Below the pieces are notes generated by a model. That model had not been told where the DNA came from. It saw nothing but the letters and a program-made list of their open reading frames with translations, and ran no database searches. This document shows positions 22,585 through 31,433 of a stretch of 64,000 bases of DNA, piece after piece. Position 1 is the stretch's first letter, and every line of letters starts with the position of its first letter. The DNA comes from an uncultured Desulfospira sp. (GTDB lineage Bacteria > Desulfobacterota > Desulfobacteria > Desulfobacterales > Desulfobacteraceae). The stretch covers positions 192,001 to 256,000 of the forward strand of contig OY760175.1 of assembly GCA_963663165.1 (NCBI GenBank), in the 5' to 3' direction. The translations under genes were made by a program, and so were the position numbers.

Positions 22585-25446
22585 TCAATCCCCTACTCCC
22601 AACAAAGAAAGCCCCTCAGCATTGGCTGTGACCTGGGCCATTTCCATAATTTCCTGGAAAATCATCTCCAAGGCCGGGGCCAGGGCAGATGATTCAACCT
22701 GTATCCCTATCGGCTCCCCGCTTTCGATCCGGGCGGCCTGGGCATTGGCAAGACGGGTTTCGGCAGCCACAAGGCTTTCCTGCATGTTGATTTCTTTTTC
22801 CAGGAGATCGTAAAGCTCATAGAAATGAGCCCCGCCGCCCTCTGACAGGCTCGAAAACATAGTGCTGACCGTATCGGATGTTGCTTCAATTGCCACCCCA
22901 AGGCTTTCCATGGTGGCCTTGACTTGTTCAGTTTCAGCTTCAAGTGAGGCAATGTTCAGCTTTGCATCCCATTCAATAGCGGTGTTCATGGTGTCAGTTA
23001 GATTGCCGAACATATTTTCAATTGTCTCAAGTTTTGCCTTATCAAGCTCGGTCTGAATCTCTAACGTTTTTGCCGGTTCTAAAGTTTCCTGAATATCTTT
23101 AGTGGCCTTGGTTGCTGATGTCATATCCGCCTCCACTGTATAGGAAACGGTTGTGCCGTCCTCAAGCTCAACTTCCAAGGTCTGCCAAGCCTTTTTGGCC
23201 TCTTCTATGGGATCAGTTTTTACGGCGATATCAACGATTTTTTCTCCCGGGATTTCTTCAAGCATGGAAATGGCGGCCTTGAGTTCTCCGGCATCTATCA
23301 ATGATTGAACCAGGATCTGTTTTTCTTCGGGAAGATCTTGCAGGCCATTGTAAAGGGTTCCCAGATCCCCCATGGATACGTTGGCAAAAACATCAACCTT
23401 TTTTTCATCCGGGATATCGGCCAGGGTCCCGTTTATTGAGTTGAGATCCGAGTTCAGGCCGTCAATCCCGGTCATTTCAATCTTGGATTCTTTTTTTTCC
23501 GGGATCTTATCTAATTTTTTGGGAATGGCTTCGATCTTTTCGACCGACTCAGCAGCGGTGTCATTCAGTTCAGTGAAATTGACCTTCATGCCGGTGAGTT
23601 TTTCCGTTGCGGCTGATGCGGCATCGTACATTGCCTTTTTAGTCTCAGTTTTCCAGCTTTGCACCTTAGTGATATTCTCTTCGATATCATCCGAGAATGC
23701 ACCAAACATGAACGTCTTTGAAAACGTGTTCCCGGCAAGCATGAGATCCTCAACGATTTCAAGGAATGCAAGCTTTAGCGTGTTCCAGCCAAGTTTCATT
23801 GTTTCCAAGGCCCCTGAAATGGTATTGATAACCACATTGAACACGGGGGCAAGGTTATCCGCAGACTCTGACATTGCAAGAATAATTGCCGTGAATTTTG
23901 GGCCGAACTCAACAACAGCTTTAGAGAGTGCAAGGATTTGCCCGGCGGCTTCCTGGGTCTCTGTTTTAAGCTCGTTGAAACTGCTGATTGACCCTTTGAT
24001 GGATTCCCAAAAAGGTTTGAACCCGTCCACCATCCCGGCAGTGGTGTTCAACAGACTTGATATCGTGTTGAGAACGCCTTGAAGTGCTTCTTTCAAACCT
24101 TCCGAAGTAGTCAAATCAACATCGCTGAACAGGCCTCTAACTGAATCTTCCAGGTTTTCAAAGGAGTCAATCAGGTCCTTAAACTCAATTCCTTCAAAAG
24201 CTTCCGGCAGGTTCTTAGCGATTGCTTTTAAATCAGCCCCAAGCTGATTCCCAAATTCATTGATTTTCTCGAAAATTTCATCAAAAGTGCCGTCCTTCAC
24301 CATCTGCTGTAAAGCGAGAACAATTGAATTCCCGCCGTTAATGACGTTTTTAGAGGCATTTTCAAATTCGGTACCGATCAGGGTAGCCAGGTTTTCCAGC
24401 CTGGCCTTGAGTACGTCAACAGCATGTTCTGCTGACCCAAAATAACTTTCAAGTTCCTTGGCTGCTGACCCGGCAGCGCCCATGGCCGTTTCCGTTACCT
24501 CAAGGGTTTTATTCATTGAGGAAAAGGCCAGGGCCATCTTTGCCGCCTGGTCTTTTCCGACAAGTTGCTGGGCGTAATACGTTTTTTCAGTGTCGGTCAG
24601 GTTTTGGAAAACCGCCTGAACCTCATAGAAGATATCCCGGCCGGACTTCATCTGGCCGTTTACGTCGGTCTGCGATATCCCGAGTTCGGCCAGGGCCTGG
24701 GTAACCCGGGGCGTGTCTGATGTTAAATTGAGAAGGCCTGTTCTAAATGCCCGGCTCACCTCATCCCCAGAACGGAAAACCTCAATTACCGGTGTGAGAA
24801 TGCCGGCTGTTTCCTCAAATGAAAAACCCATCTGTGAGGCAATCGGGGAGAGATCGGCCATGCCTGTGGCAAGCTCTTCCACATTGGTGGCGTAGTTGTT
24901 GGAAGTTTCATTCAAGATATCAAGCAGCCGGTTCGCTTCTGATGCAGGAGAACCAAAGCCCTTCAAAGTGGATACCAACAGGGCACTTGCTTCTGATGCG
25001 TCAACGCCGCCCACGATAACAAGGTCCATGGCATTTTTGGCAAGCTGCATGGCTTCCTCAACATCATACCCGGCCTGTTTGAAATTGGCTGTGGAATTGA
25101 GAATATCTGATGCTGATTGCCCATACTGGTTTGACAGGTCGATAGCGGCATCTTGGGCTATTGCCAGGCTTTCCGGGGTTTCGTCCCCAAGGACTTTGTT
25201 TAGTTCAACCGCTGCGCTTTCAAACTGCATGGCTTTGGTGAAAGCATATGCCAGGCCACCAACCGCCATAGCTGACAAGGCGGCATCCGCTTTAATGACC
25301 CCATCGGCTATATCCGCAAAGGGATCAGCCACGGAACCCACTATGCTTTCAAAACTACCCAGGGTCCCGGACAAGGAGTTTATGGTCTGGCTGACCTGAT
25401 CGTCCCCCTGGAACAATATTTTTACGGTTTTCTCAAGATCGCCCAT
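22585..25446 (-). CDS. Phage tail tape-measure protein (TP901-like core)
   Basis: AMQFESA...ETSNNYATNVEELA...GFSFEETAG...ALAELGIS core; long amphipathic repeats. Confidence 0.85.
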   Translation of the reverse strand: MGDLEKTVKILFQGDDQVSQTINSLSGTLGSFESIVGSVADPFADIADGVIKADAALSAMAVGGLAYAFTKAMQFESAAVELNKVLGDETPESLAIAQDAAIDLSNQYGQSASDILNSTANFKQAGYDVEEAMQLAKNAMDLVIVGGVDASEASALLVSTLKGFGSPASEANRLLDILNETSNNYATNVEELATGMADLSPIASQMGFSFEETAGILTPVIEVFRSGDEVSRAFRTGLLNLTSDTPRVTQALAELGISQTDVNGQMKSGRDIFYEVQAVFQNLTDTEKTYYAQQLVGKDQAAKMALAFSSMNKTLEVTETAMGAAGSAAKELESYFGSAEHAVDVLKARLENLATLIGTEFENASKNVINGGNSIVLALQQMVKDGTFDEIFEKINEFGNQLGADLKAIAKNLPEAFEGIEFKDLIDSFENLEDSVRGLFSDVDLTTSEGLKEALQGVLNTISSLLNTTAGMVDGFKPFWESIKGSISSFNELKTETQEAAGQILALSKAVVEFGPKFTAIILAMSESADNLAPVFNVVINTISGALETMKLGWNTLKLAFLEIVEDLMLAGNTFSKTFMFGAFSDDIEENITKVQSWKTETKKAMYDAASAATEKLTGMKVNFTELNDTAAESVEKIEAIPKKLDKIPEKKESKIEMTGIDGLNSDLNSINGTLADIPDEKKVDVFANVSMGDLGTLYNGLQDLPEEKQILVQSLIDAGELKAAISMLEEIPGEKIVDIAVKTDPIEEAKKAWQTLEVELEDGTTVSYTVEADMTSATKATKDIQETLEPAKTLEIQTELDKAKLETIENMFGNLTDTMNTAIEWDAKLNIASLEAETEQVKATMESLGVAIEATSDTVSTMFSSLSEGGGAHFYELYDLLEKEINMQESLVAAETRLANAQAARIESGEPIGIQVESSALAPALEMIFQEIMEMAQVTANAEGLSLLGVGD

Positions 25447-25456
25447 GTTTCACCTC

Positions 25457-25789
25457 TCAGTTCAATGTTTTTTGGGAAGGGGCCGGAGCGCCCCCGGTTG
25501 ATACAATTCGTTCGTGGATTTCTGAAATCCAATCCCGACAGATTTCTTTGATTTCCGGGGGAGCATCTTTTTTATCAATTTCGGCAAGGAACCTTTCTGA
25601 CACTTTTTGCATATGCTCCCCGATAGGCGGAAACGCTTTCATAAGGGCACCGTGTACCCATGCTTCAAAATGGGCGTTGGCTTCAAATTTTGCCCTCAAG
25701 ATTGCCAAGTCTCGGGCCTGGAGAGCGATCGCGGCCCTCAGTCCTTGTATCTGCTTTTCAAGCCGTTCTATTTTTTCTGAATCTGACAT
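25457..25789 (-). CDS. Hypothetical helical protein upstream of TMP (tail-chaperone position)
   Basis: ORF with AGGA RBS; function inferred from position only. Confidence 0.6.
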   Translation of the reverse strand: MSDSEKIERLEKQIQGLRAAIALQARDLAILRAKFEANAHFEAWVHGALMKAFPPIGEHMQKVSERFLAEIDKKDAPPEIKEICRDWISEIHERIVSTGGAPAPSQKTLN

Positions 25790-25879
25790 TTTTAATTCCT
25801 TTTACCGTGTGTGGGCATAGACCCTGATCCATCCCGTTTTCCGCCGGAAGGGTCAGGGCCTATGCTGAATCTAAAAATT

Positions 25880-26356
25880 TTACGCTTCCAGCGCTTCGAT
25901 TCGGGCATAAAGTTCAGCCAGGGCACCCTCGACGGTCGTCTCATCTGTATGGGTGTCGGCATCGGCTATCGAAACGGCTGAAGCAGTCGTGAATGCGACT
26001 TTTAGTCTGACGGCTTCAACGATATCCCCGTCTGCCGTGGCCTCTTCCAGGGCAATAAACTGGGCTGCGCCGCTGGAAGTCCCGGACACTTTCCCGTCTG
26101 CGTCACCGTACAGGGTGGCCCCGATGGAAAAGGCGGCCGCTGCGACAACCAGACAGGTTTTCATCTCAACGGTTATTGCATCCCCTTCTTTTTCGTTCGA
26201 TGCGGTAAGACCGATATAGGCCTCTCCGGCATCGGCATGAACAACTTCAAGGGGGATTGTTGTTGTCCCAGATTTAACCTTAACTCTGCGGTTGGCAATC
26301 AGATTCTCACCGGCCACAAAAGACTTGCCTCCAAGGTTGTAAACAGATTGTGTCAT
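25880..26356 (-). CDS. DUF2190-like capsid cement/decoration protein
   Basis: FVAGENL..NRRVK, AAAAFSIGATLYGDADGKV, ALEEATADGDIVE; C-terminal TVEGALAEL. Confidence 0.75.
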   Translation of the reverse strand: MTQSVYNLGGKSFVAGENLIANRRVKVKSGTTTIPLEVVHADAGEAYIGLTASNEKEGDAITVEMKTCLVVAAAAFSIGATLYGDADGKVSGTSSGAAQFIALEEATADGDIVEAVRLKVAFTTASAVSIADADTHTDETTVEGALAELYARIEALEA

Positions 26357-26396
26357 GGTTCATCTCCTTATTTGGGATTGAGTTTATTAAAGAGGG

Positions 26397-26693
26397 CTAT
26401 TTCCCCTCGATATAAGCGGCGTGGAGCCCAGGCCATTTTTTAGCAATAGCCTTCAAGGCTTCGGTTCTGGTGCAACCCTCTATTTTTTGGTAATCATCAA
26501 CAATTTCCATGAAGGTGTGCTTTGGCTTTTCTTCATGGGAATTGCCTGTAGTGCCTTCGAGTTTGTTATTTTCCTGGATAAACGCTTCGTGAAGATCCGG
26601 ATTCTCCATGGCGATCACGGATAGTGCCTCAGTCCTGGTACAGTCTTTGCTCTTTTGGTAGTCCTTAACCATTTGCATGAATGTCTGTTTCAT
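26397..26693 (-). CDS. 98-aa protein made of two ~37-aa repeats (scaffold-tail-like)
   Basis: TFMQMVKDYQKSKDCTRTEAL..IA...PDLHEAFI / TFMEIVDDYQKIEGCTRTEAL..IA...PGLHAAYI; AAGGA RBS. Confidence 0.75.
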   Translation of the reverse strand: MKQTFMQMVKDYQKSKDCTRTEALSVIAMENPDLHEAFIQENNKLEGTTGNSHEEKPKHTFMEIVDDYQKIEGCTRTEALKAIAKKWPGLHAAYIEGK

Positions 26694-26891
26694 ATCAAAA
26701 AATCCTTTTATTCCTGTTCTTGTTGTGTGCTGGCTGACCAAACGGCCAGCCAGCATGAAAGGAGACCTGGGGAACATTCTATCCCCAGGCGACTCATAGA
26801 AATGGACTAAGCCAGCAATGCTCCAAAGAGCTGACATGTAGCCCCCGCCTTATTATCTTAAAGGGGGCAGGCCGGTGTGCCCCCATTGTGG

Positions 26892-27488
26892 TTAACCGCC
26901 AAGTTTATCAATGGCCATTCGTAGCTCACGCTGCCGATTCTGCAGGGCGTCAATTTCAGCAGGCAAGCTGATTTTTCCTTCTCGGGCGGCTTTAAATGCA
27001 CCGCTAAAACACGCCCTCTGCTCGTCCGACAGTCTGTTAAAAAGAGCTGGTAAATTGAAAACGATTCCGATCTCACCAAAAACTTGAGTAACTTGAGCGG
27101 CGGCCTCACCGAAGTTTTTCAAGGCATCAGGGGCCAGGGTTTCCTTTTGTTCACGAAGGGCCGCTATTTTTTCCCCGATTTCCTTGAGTTCGGAATCGTT
27201 TTCAAGATTCACGGTGCCGGTATGGATCCTTTCCAATTTAACCAGGGCAGCCCCAATGGTGGGGATACGATCTTCCAGGGACAGCCTTTCAGATTCCATG
27301 GTTTTGATTTCCTTGGTCGCAGGTTTATCCAAGTTTTCAATTTTTGCGACTTCAATCTCATTTTCGATTGTATTGAGCTTCTCTTCGGCCTCCATTTTGG
27401 CAGCGGAAAGGGCATCGATTTCTTCCTGGATCTCAATAGAGGTGAAATCCCCTTCGCCTGACAAAATTTGTTTTAATCGGTCACTCAT
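26892..27488 (-). CDS. Coiled-coil protein, 198 aa
   Basis: Heptad-rich E/K/L/I sequence; AGGAG RBS. Confidence 0.75.
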   Translation of the reverse strand: MSDRLKQILSGEGDFTSIEIQEEIDALSAAKMEAEEKLNTIENEIEVAKIENLDKPATKEIKTMESERLSLEDRIPTIGAALVKLERIHTGTVNLENDSELKEIGEKIAALREQKETLAPDALKNFGEAAAQVTQVFGEIGIVFNLPALFNRLSDEQRACFSGAFKAAREGKISLPAEIDALQNRQRELRMAIDKLGG

Positions 27489-27510
27489 GCTTTCTCTCCT
27501 TTTTTGGGGT

Positions 27511-27735
27511 TTATTTTTCTGTTTCTATGCTTTTGAACCTGGTTCCGCATCTTCGGCAAAGGTGATACCTCACTCGGATTCCATCTTCCCACGGCAAGGT
27601 ATTTGTCGTTGTTTGGCCGGGAAGTTTTTTAAGATCCGTTTTGCACTTGGGACACTGAACTCCGCTCACTCGATCAAAGCTCACCCCATCAAGTGGGGCT
27701 TTTGATTTTCTTCTTTCATTGGTCTCTGCTGCCAT
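27511..27735 (-). CDS. Zinc-ribbon protein (Ogr/Delta- or NrdR-N-like)
   Basis: CPKC...RVRYHLCRRCGTRFKSIE. Confidence 0.7.
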   Translation of the reverse strand: MAAETNERRKSKAPLDGVSFDRVSGVQCPKCKTDLKKLPGQTTTNTLPWEDGIRVRYHLCRRCGTRFKSIETEK

Positions 27736-27777
27736 GTCGCCACCTTTTTTTGAAATTTGGTTTAAGGAATGGTCCCT

Positions 27778-28269
27778 TCATGAGTGCCGTTTAACCTCGT
27801 CATCGGACAAAGTAAGCTCAGAATCGGCAATAATATTCCGGCATTCAGCAATTGATTTTTTCACGAGCGTTATCTGGTCCCCGGTGATCTCCGGCCAGTT
27901 CCTTTTCATGACCAAGGGAATGGATTCAAGAATAGGAATGATCTGGTTTGCGGATTTTTCCAAGGCATAGGTAAGGAGTGAGACAGGGGCAATCTTTTGT
28001 TCTTCAAGGTCATTTTGCCGTTTCTTTTCCCGGTGCTTTTCTTTTTCCAGAAGGGCTGAATAGTCACGATCGTCAAGCTCTTCGGAGTCACACTCCCGGA
28101 CCTGGCCGGAAGAGACTCCCCTCAAATATTTGATATATGCTATGCGGCAAGCGTCAAGATCATACCCGCCCGGCCCTTTGCTGGAAGGGAGTATCCCGTC
28201 TTTAACAAGACCCCTTACCCGGCGGGGGGTCAGGTCCAAGTGGTCTGCTATTTCTTGTTGGGTTGCCAT
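27778..28269 (-). CDS. Nu1-like terminase small subunit / Rpp-like packaging redirector
   Basis: N-terminal wHTH MATQQEIADHLDLTPRRVR...YDLDACRIAYIKYLR; C-terminal LESIPLVMKRNWPE. Confidence 0.85.
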   Translation of the reverse strand: MATQQEIADHLDLTPRRVRGLVKDGILPSSKGPGGYDLDACRIAYIKYLRGVSSGQVRECDSEELDDRDYSALLEKEKHREKKRQNDLEEQKIAPVSLLTYALEKSANQIIPILESIPLVMKRNWPEITGDQITLVKKSIAECRNIIADSELTLSDDEVKRHS

Positions 28270-28500
28270 TTCCGCTCCCTTTTTTAATAATTTATAGAGC
28301 CAAATCCTGATTTTTCTCTATTATTCTTGATTATCCATGGTTATTTGAATTTAGTATTATTTCGAATAGCCTGTGGGTATTTCTTCCTTGGTTTGCAAGG
28401 ATTAACCCTGAGAGTTCCTAATTTTCGATTTAAAGCCCGTTGTATTTTTTGATGCATAAGTTCTCGCTTCGTCTTCTATTCGATTATTTGCCCACTTAAC

Positions 28501-28589
28501 CGGAAACGGAAACGGATTTTTTGAGGGTCGTAATTAGAAAAATATCGCGCCTTGCCGACCCGTAATAAATTAGGCCCTTGGAAGGACCC
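28501..28589 (-). other. Lambda-like cos packaging site
   Basis: Minus strand GGGTCCT-17-TTACG-GGTCGGCAAGG-CGCG-31-CGTTTCCGTT, upstream of terS. Confidence 0.8.
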
Positions 28590-28621
28590 AAAAGCTCTGA
28601 TTTGCTCTAAAATTCTCAATT

Positions 28622-28873
28622 TTACTCTCCTTTCCGATTGCCATTTTCCAGGAATTTTCTCAAAACCAAAAATTTTCTGAAAACTTCAATTTCATTTTTA
28701 ATCCGGAGCAACTCAATATCCAGCCGTTCAAGTCCACCTCCACAAGGAAGAGAATTAACCCTGTCTTTTAAATTTGTGATCCGGCCGTTGATTTCTGCTG
28801 TGAGTTTGTCCATATTCGCCCTCAAATATTTAATTAAAATTTGCCTCCCCAAATGACCTCCCCATTTCCCCAC
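28622..28873 (-). CDS. Hypothetical protein (start probably 28813, MDKLT)
   Basis: ORF on the island coding strand. Confidence 0.5.
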   Translation of the reverse strand: MGKWGGHLGRQILIKYLRANMDKLTAEINGRITNLKDRVNSLPCGGGLERLDIELLRIKNEIEVFRKFLVLRKFLENGNRKGE

Positions 28874-28955
28874 CCCCCTAAAGGGGGGTTGGGGTAAAAT
28901 GGGGAATTGTCCTCATTCTTCCCCATTGGGGCTATTTGGGGTATTTTGGGGAGCC
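28846..28955. repeat. Probable replication origin (TGGGG/CCCCA iterons around a CCCCCC-TAAA-GGGGGG palindrome)
   Basis: Repeated CCCCA/TGGGG units at the 3' end of the helicase gene. Confidence 0.6.
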
Positions 28956-30445
28956 ATTTCAAAGTAAGGAGTATTGACTTTTATACCTTCTAACTCACTT
29001 AAATAATTGAAATATCTATTCCAATGTTTTAACGGCATCCCCTTCGAAACAGCTTCGTCTTTGATATCCTGAATCAACACTTTTGCCCCATTTGGGGAGA
29101 AACCACTTTTTTCAAGATTTCGACGCTGTTTTTCAAAAAGATCCATCAAAATGCCCTGGCAAATTGCCTGCCATTTTCCCTGCTTTTTGACGGGTGTTTT
29201 TTTAACAGGTGCCTGATATCCGATCGGGTCTAAAATGCCGCCGGTGATCTCCTGGCCCTCTTCATCTTTGATACCAAGTTCAACCGACCGAATTTTGAAA
29301 GCCATGGGTGCAGGCGGTTCAAAATCTTTCATCTTTGTATTGGTCATCCGCACCACGCCTACATCATCTTTTTCAAGCCGGTATTCTGCATCCAGGGCAC
29401 CTTTTAAAGCCATGGCTCCCCGGCCCCTGGATTTATCCCCATGGCCGCTATGATGGATCAAAACGATAGCACAACGATACTTTGTCCTGATTGCATCCAA
29501 GGAAGCGATAAACGATGTCATTTCCTGGGTGCTGTTCTCATCACCAGGGCCAAAGTTACGGGCAAGTGTATCAATGAATATGGCCGCCGGTTTTTCTCTG
29601 GTACCATCAACGGCAGCCTCGACAATAGGAATAGATGCCGGATCACAAAAACTTGCCGGCGCCGTGGAAACAAACAGGGAGACAGACTCAAAGGAAACCT
29701 GGTGCCGAATCTGCCATGCCTGAAACCGTCTTCTTAGGCCATTTTGACCCTCTCCCGCGATATACACTACCGGCCCGGCGTTGACTCCCGTGCCATGGAA
29801 ATCTGTCCCTGTGGCGATACAGCAGGCCAAATCGACCCCTATGAAAGTTTTTCCACATCCCGGGTCACCAAACCACTGAGAAAGAGAGTCTCTCTCAAGG
29901 AGACCAGTTACAAGCCAATCAGGAGTTTTGCATTCAAGCTTCGAAATTGGGGTAAGCCGAAATAGTGTCTCTGAAGACAGTGAAAGGTTGTTTGTTTTTT
30001 CCCGGATTAAAGCCAATAAATCATCGACAGATTGCCCTGATCCCGCCCCACTGACTAAACATGACCCAAGGGCTGCAATCGCCCTTTTCACAGCACAATT
30101 TTTGATGATTTCGGCATGCCCGGCAGGATTCAGGGAGATGGGTGCCCTGTCTGCTATCTTTGCAAGCAATGAAGCGCCACCAGCCTTATCAAGCTCTCCG
30201 GATTCCTTGAGCTGATTCGCCACTGTGACCAGATCCACCCCGGCACCCTTTGATTTAAGCGTTAGGATTGCCTTAAATATCAACTGGTGTGAAGTCTGGT
30301 AAAAATGGCCCGGTTCCAAGCTGTTTACAATGCCGTCCAAGGCCTTGACACCCATGACAAAAATCGCGGCCAATAATCTATCTTCGGCGTCCAGGTCCTG
30401 GGGCGGTTGGATGATCGGGTCAGGATTATAGGCCAGCATATTCAT
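28913..30445 (-). CDS. Replication protein: DnaB N-terminal domain plus RepA/AAA_25 helicase
   Basis: PPQDLDAE...HQLIFKAI..VDLVTV; GDPGCGKT, YIAGEG, IDTLAR, LIHHSG. Confidence 0.88.
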   Translation of the reverse strand: MNMLAYNPDPIIQPPQDLDAEDRLLAAIFVMGVKALDGIVNSLEPGHFYQTSHQLIFKAILTLKSKGAGVDLVTVANQLKESGELDKAGGASLLAKIADRAPISLNPAGHAEIIKNCAVKRAIAALGSCLVSGAGSGQSVDDLLALIREKTNNLSLSSETLFRLTPISKLECKTPDWLVTGLLERDSLSQWFGDPGCGKTFIGVDLACCIATGTDFHGTGVNAGPVVYIAGEGQNGLRRRFQAWQIRHQVSFESVSLFVSTAPASFCDPASIPIVEAAVDGTREKPAAIFIDTLARNFGPGDENSTQEMTSFIASLDAIRTKYRCAIVLIHHSGHGDKSRGRGAMALKGALDAEYRLEKDDVGVVRMTNTKMKDFEPPAPMAFKIRSVELGIKDEEGQEITGGILDPIGYQAPVKKTPVKKQGKWQAICQGILMDLFEKQRRNLEKSGFSPNGAKVLIQDIKDEAVSKGMPLKHWNRYFNYLSELEGIKVNTPYFEMAPQNTPNSPNGEE

Positions 30446-31080
30446 TTTGCCCCCCCGATATTGGGACTTAATATCTGCGGCATCGGATTTGTCTTTGGCG
30501 AGCGATCGACTAACCTATCATACAGCCTTGCTGCCTGGCTCGATCGTTCCATTATTCGGGTCGGATAGTGGGGTAGTCGGTGTCCTGTTATGGCAAGGTA
30601 TCGGCCATGTTCGAAAATCTTAACCGGCCCATTGCTCCGTCCTTCGGGGGGGAGCGATCCCTTGATAAGGGTTCTTAATCCGGTTCCGCTCGGGCTTATC
30701 TCCGAGTAGGAAAACAGTCTGTTCAAGATTTCCAAAGCCCATGATTCGATGGCACCTGTTTGTGGATCTCGGCAGTCGTTTAAATCGAAAACAACAAATG
30801 GATCTTTAAGGGCCAGGGCGAAACTCAACCCGGTAAAAGCGAGTTTCTGACAATAAATGAAAACATCACAGACCTGTTTAAAGGTTCCCAAGGGATGAGG
30901 GATGAGGGCATCGACATTCCTTCCAAGGTACGAATATGGAATTTCTGTCCATTTTTTATCCTGTTGCTTAGCCTTCCACAGAATCCACTGGTGGTGAAAC
31001 CTGAGTTCTTCGGGGATGTTTTCCAAGACAGGACATAGCCAGGCGGGCTCCATAACTTCTTTCTGGCCTGGCATCAGCAT
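30442..31080 (-). CDS. Primase-polymerase-like (AEP-type) protein
   Basis: NIPEEL...QWILW, VFDLNDC, YSEISPSGTGLR, RYLAITG; catalytic motifs look partly divergent. Confidence 0.75.
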   Translation of the reverse strand: MLMPGQKEVMEPAWLCPVLENIPEELRFHHQWILWKAKQQDKKWTEIPYSYLGRNVDALIPHPLGTFKQVCDVFIYCQKLAFTGLSFALALKDPFVVFDLNDCRDPQTGAIESWALEILNRLFSYSEISPSGTGLRTLIKGSLPPEGRSNGPVKIFEHGRYLAITGHRLPHYPTRIMERSSQAARLYDRLVDRSPKTNPMPQILSPNIGGAK

Positions 31081-31175
31081 GTGGCCTCCACCATGGCAAA
31101 AAAAATCAGTGCCGCCAGCACCGCCGGATCAAGCTTGACACAAGACAAGTAATTGATTATATTGAAATAAATCAT
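31074..31175 (-). CDS. 33-aa leader peptide coupled to the primase gene
   Basis: MIYFNIINYLSCVKLDPAVLAALIFFAMVEATC*; stop overlaps primase ATG (TGATG); GGGGGG RBS. Confidence 0.55.
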   Translation of the reverse strand: MIYFNIINYLSCVKLDPAVLAALIFFAMVEATC

Positions 31176-31219
31176 CTCTGTTCCCCCCATGCGCCGGTTG
31201 CCGCCGGCGTTTTGTTTTT
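31135..31219 (+). ncRNA. Antisense sRNA unit (promoter, ~50-nt RNA, terminator)
   Basis: TTGACA-17-TATATT (31135-31163); GCGCCGG..CCGGCGT hairpin plus T-run (31191-31219). Confidence 0.6.
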
Positions 31220-31433
31220 ACATAAACGCAACGGGACCGCAGCCGTTGGAATCAAGGTTTTGCATATAACCTCTACGGAAAGGTAGACCATGTTTGTCTG
31301 CGAGATCGTTCCAACGGGATCGCCAGATTATGGGGGGGAGTTCTTCGATAACTTCTGTCCAGTCGGTTTCCGGGAACCGGCTTTCCAAAAATTTTCTTAC
31401 CGCTGATTTGGGATAATGAATTGCTAACGCCAT
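31218..31433 (-). CDS. AlpA/excisionase-like small DNA-binding protein
   Basis: PPIIWR...YMQNLDSNGCGP; GGAGG RBS; first gene of the replication operon. Confidence 0.65.
   Translation of the reverse strand: MALAIHYPKSAVRKFLESRFPETDWTEVIEELPPIIWRSRWNDLADKHGLPFRRGYMQNLDSNGCGPVAFM

Noticed and set aside
23372..25399. Long plus-strand ORFs (236 and 167 aa) and similar shadow ORFs elsewhere
   Set aside because: They are antisense to well-supported genes and have no motifs or RBS
25457..25500. Tail-chaperone -1 frameshift site before TMP
   Set aside because: CCCAAAAAAC is not in X XXY YYZ register and only 10 bp separate the ORF from TMP
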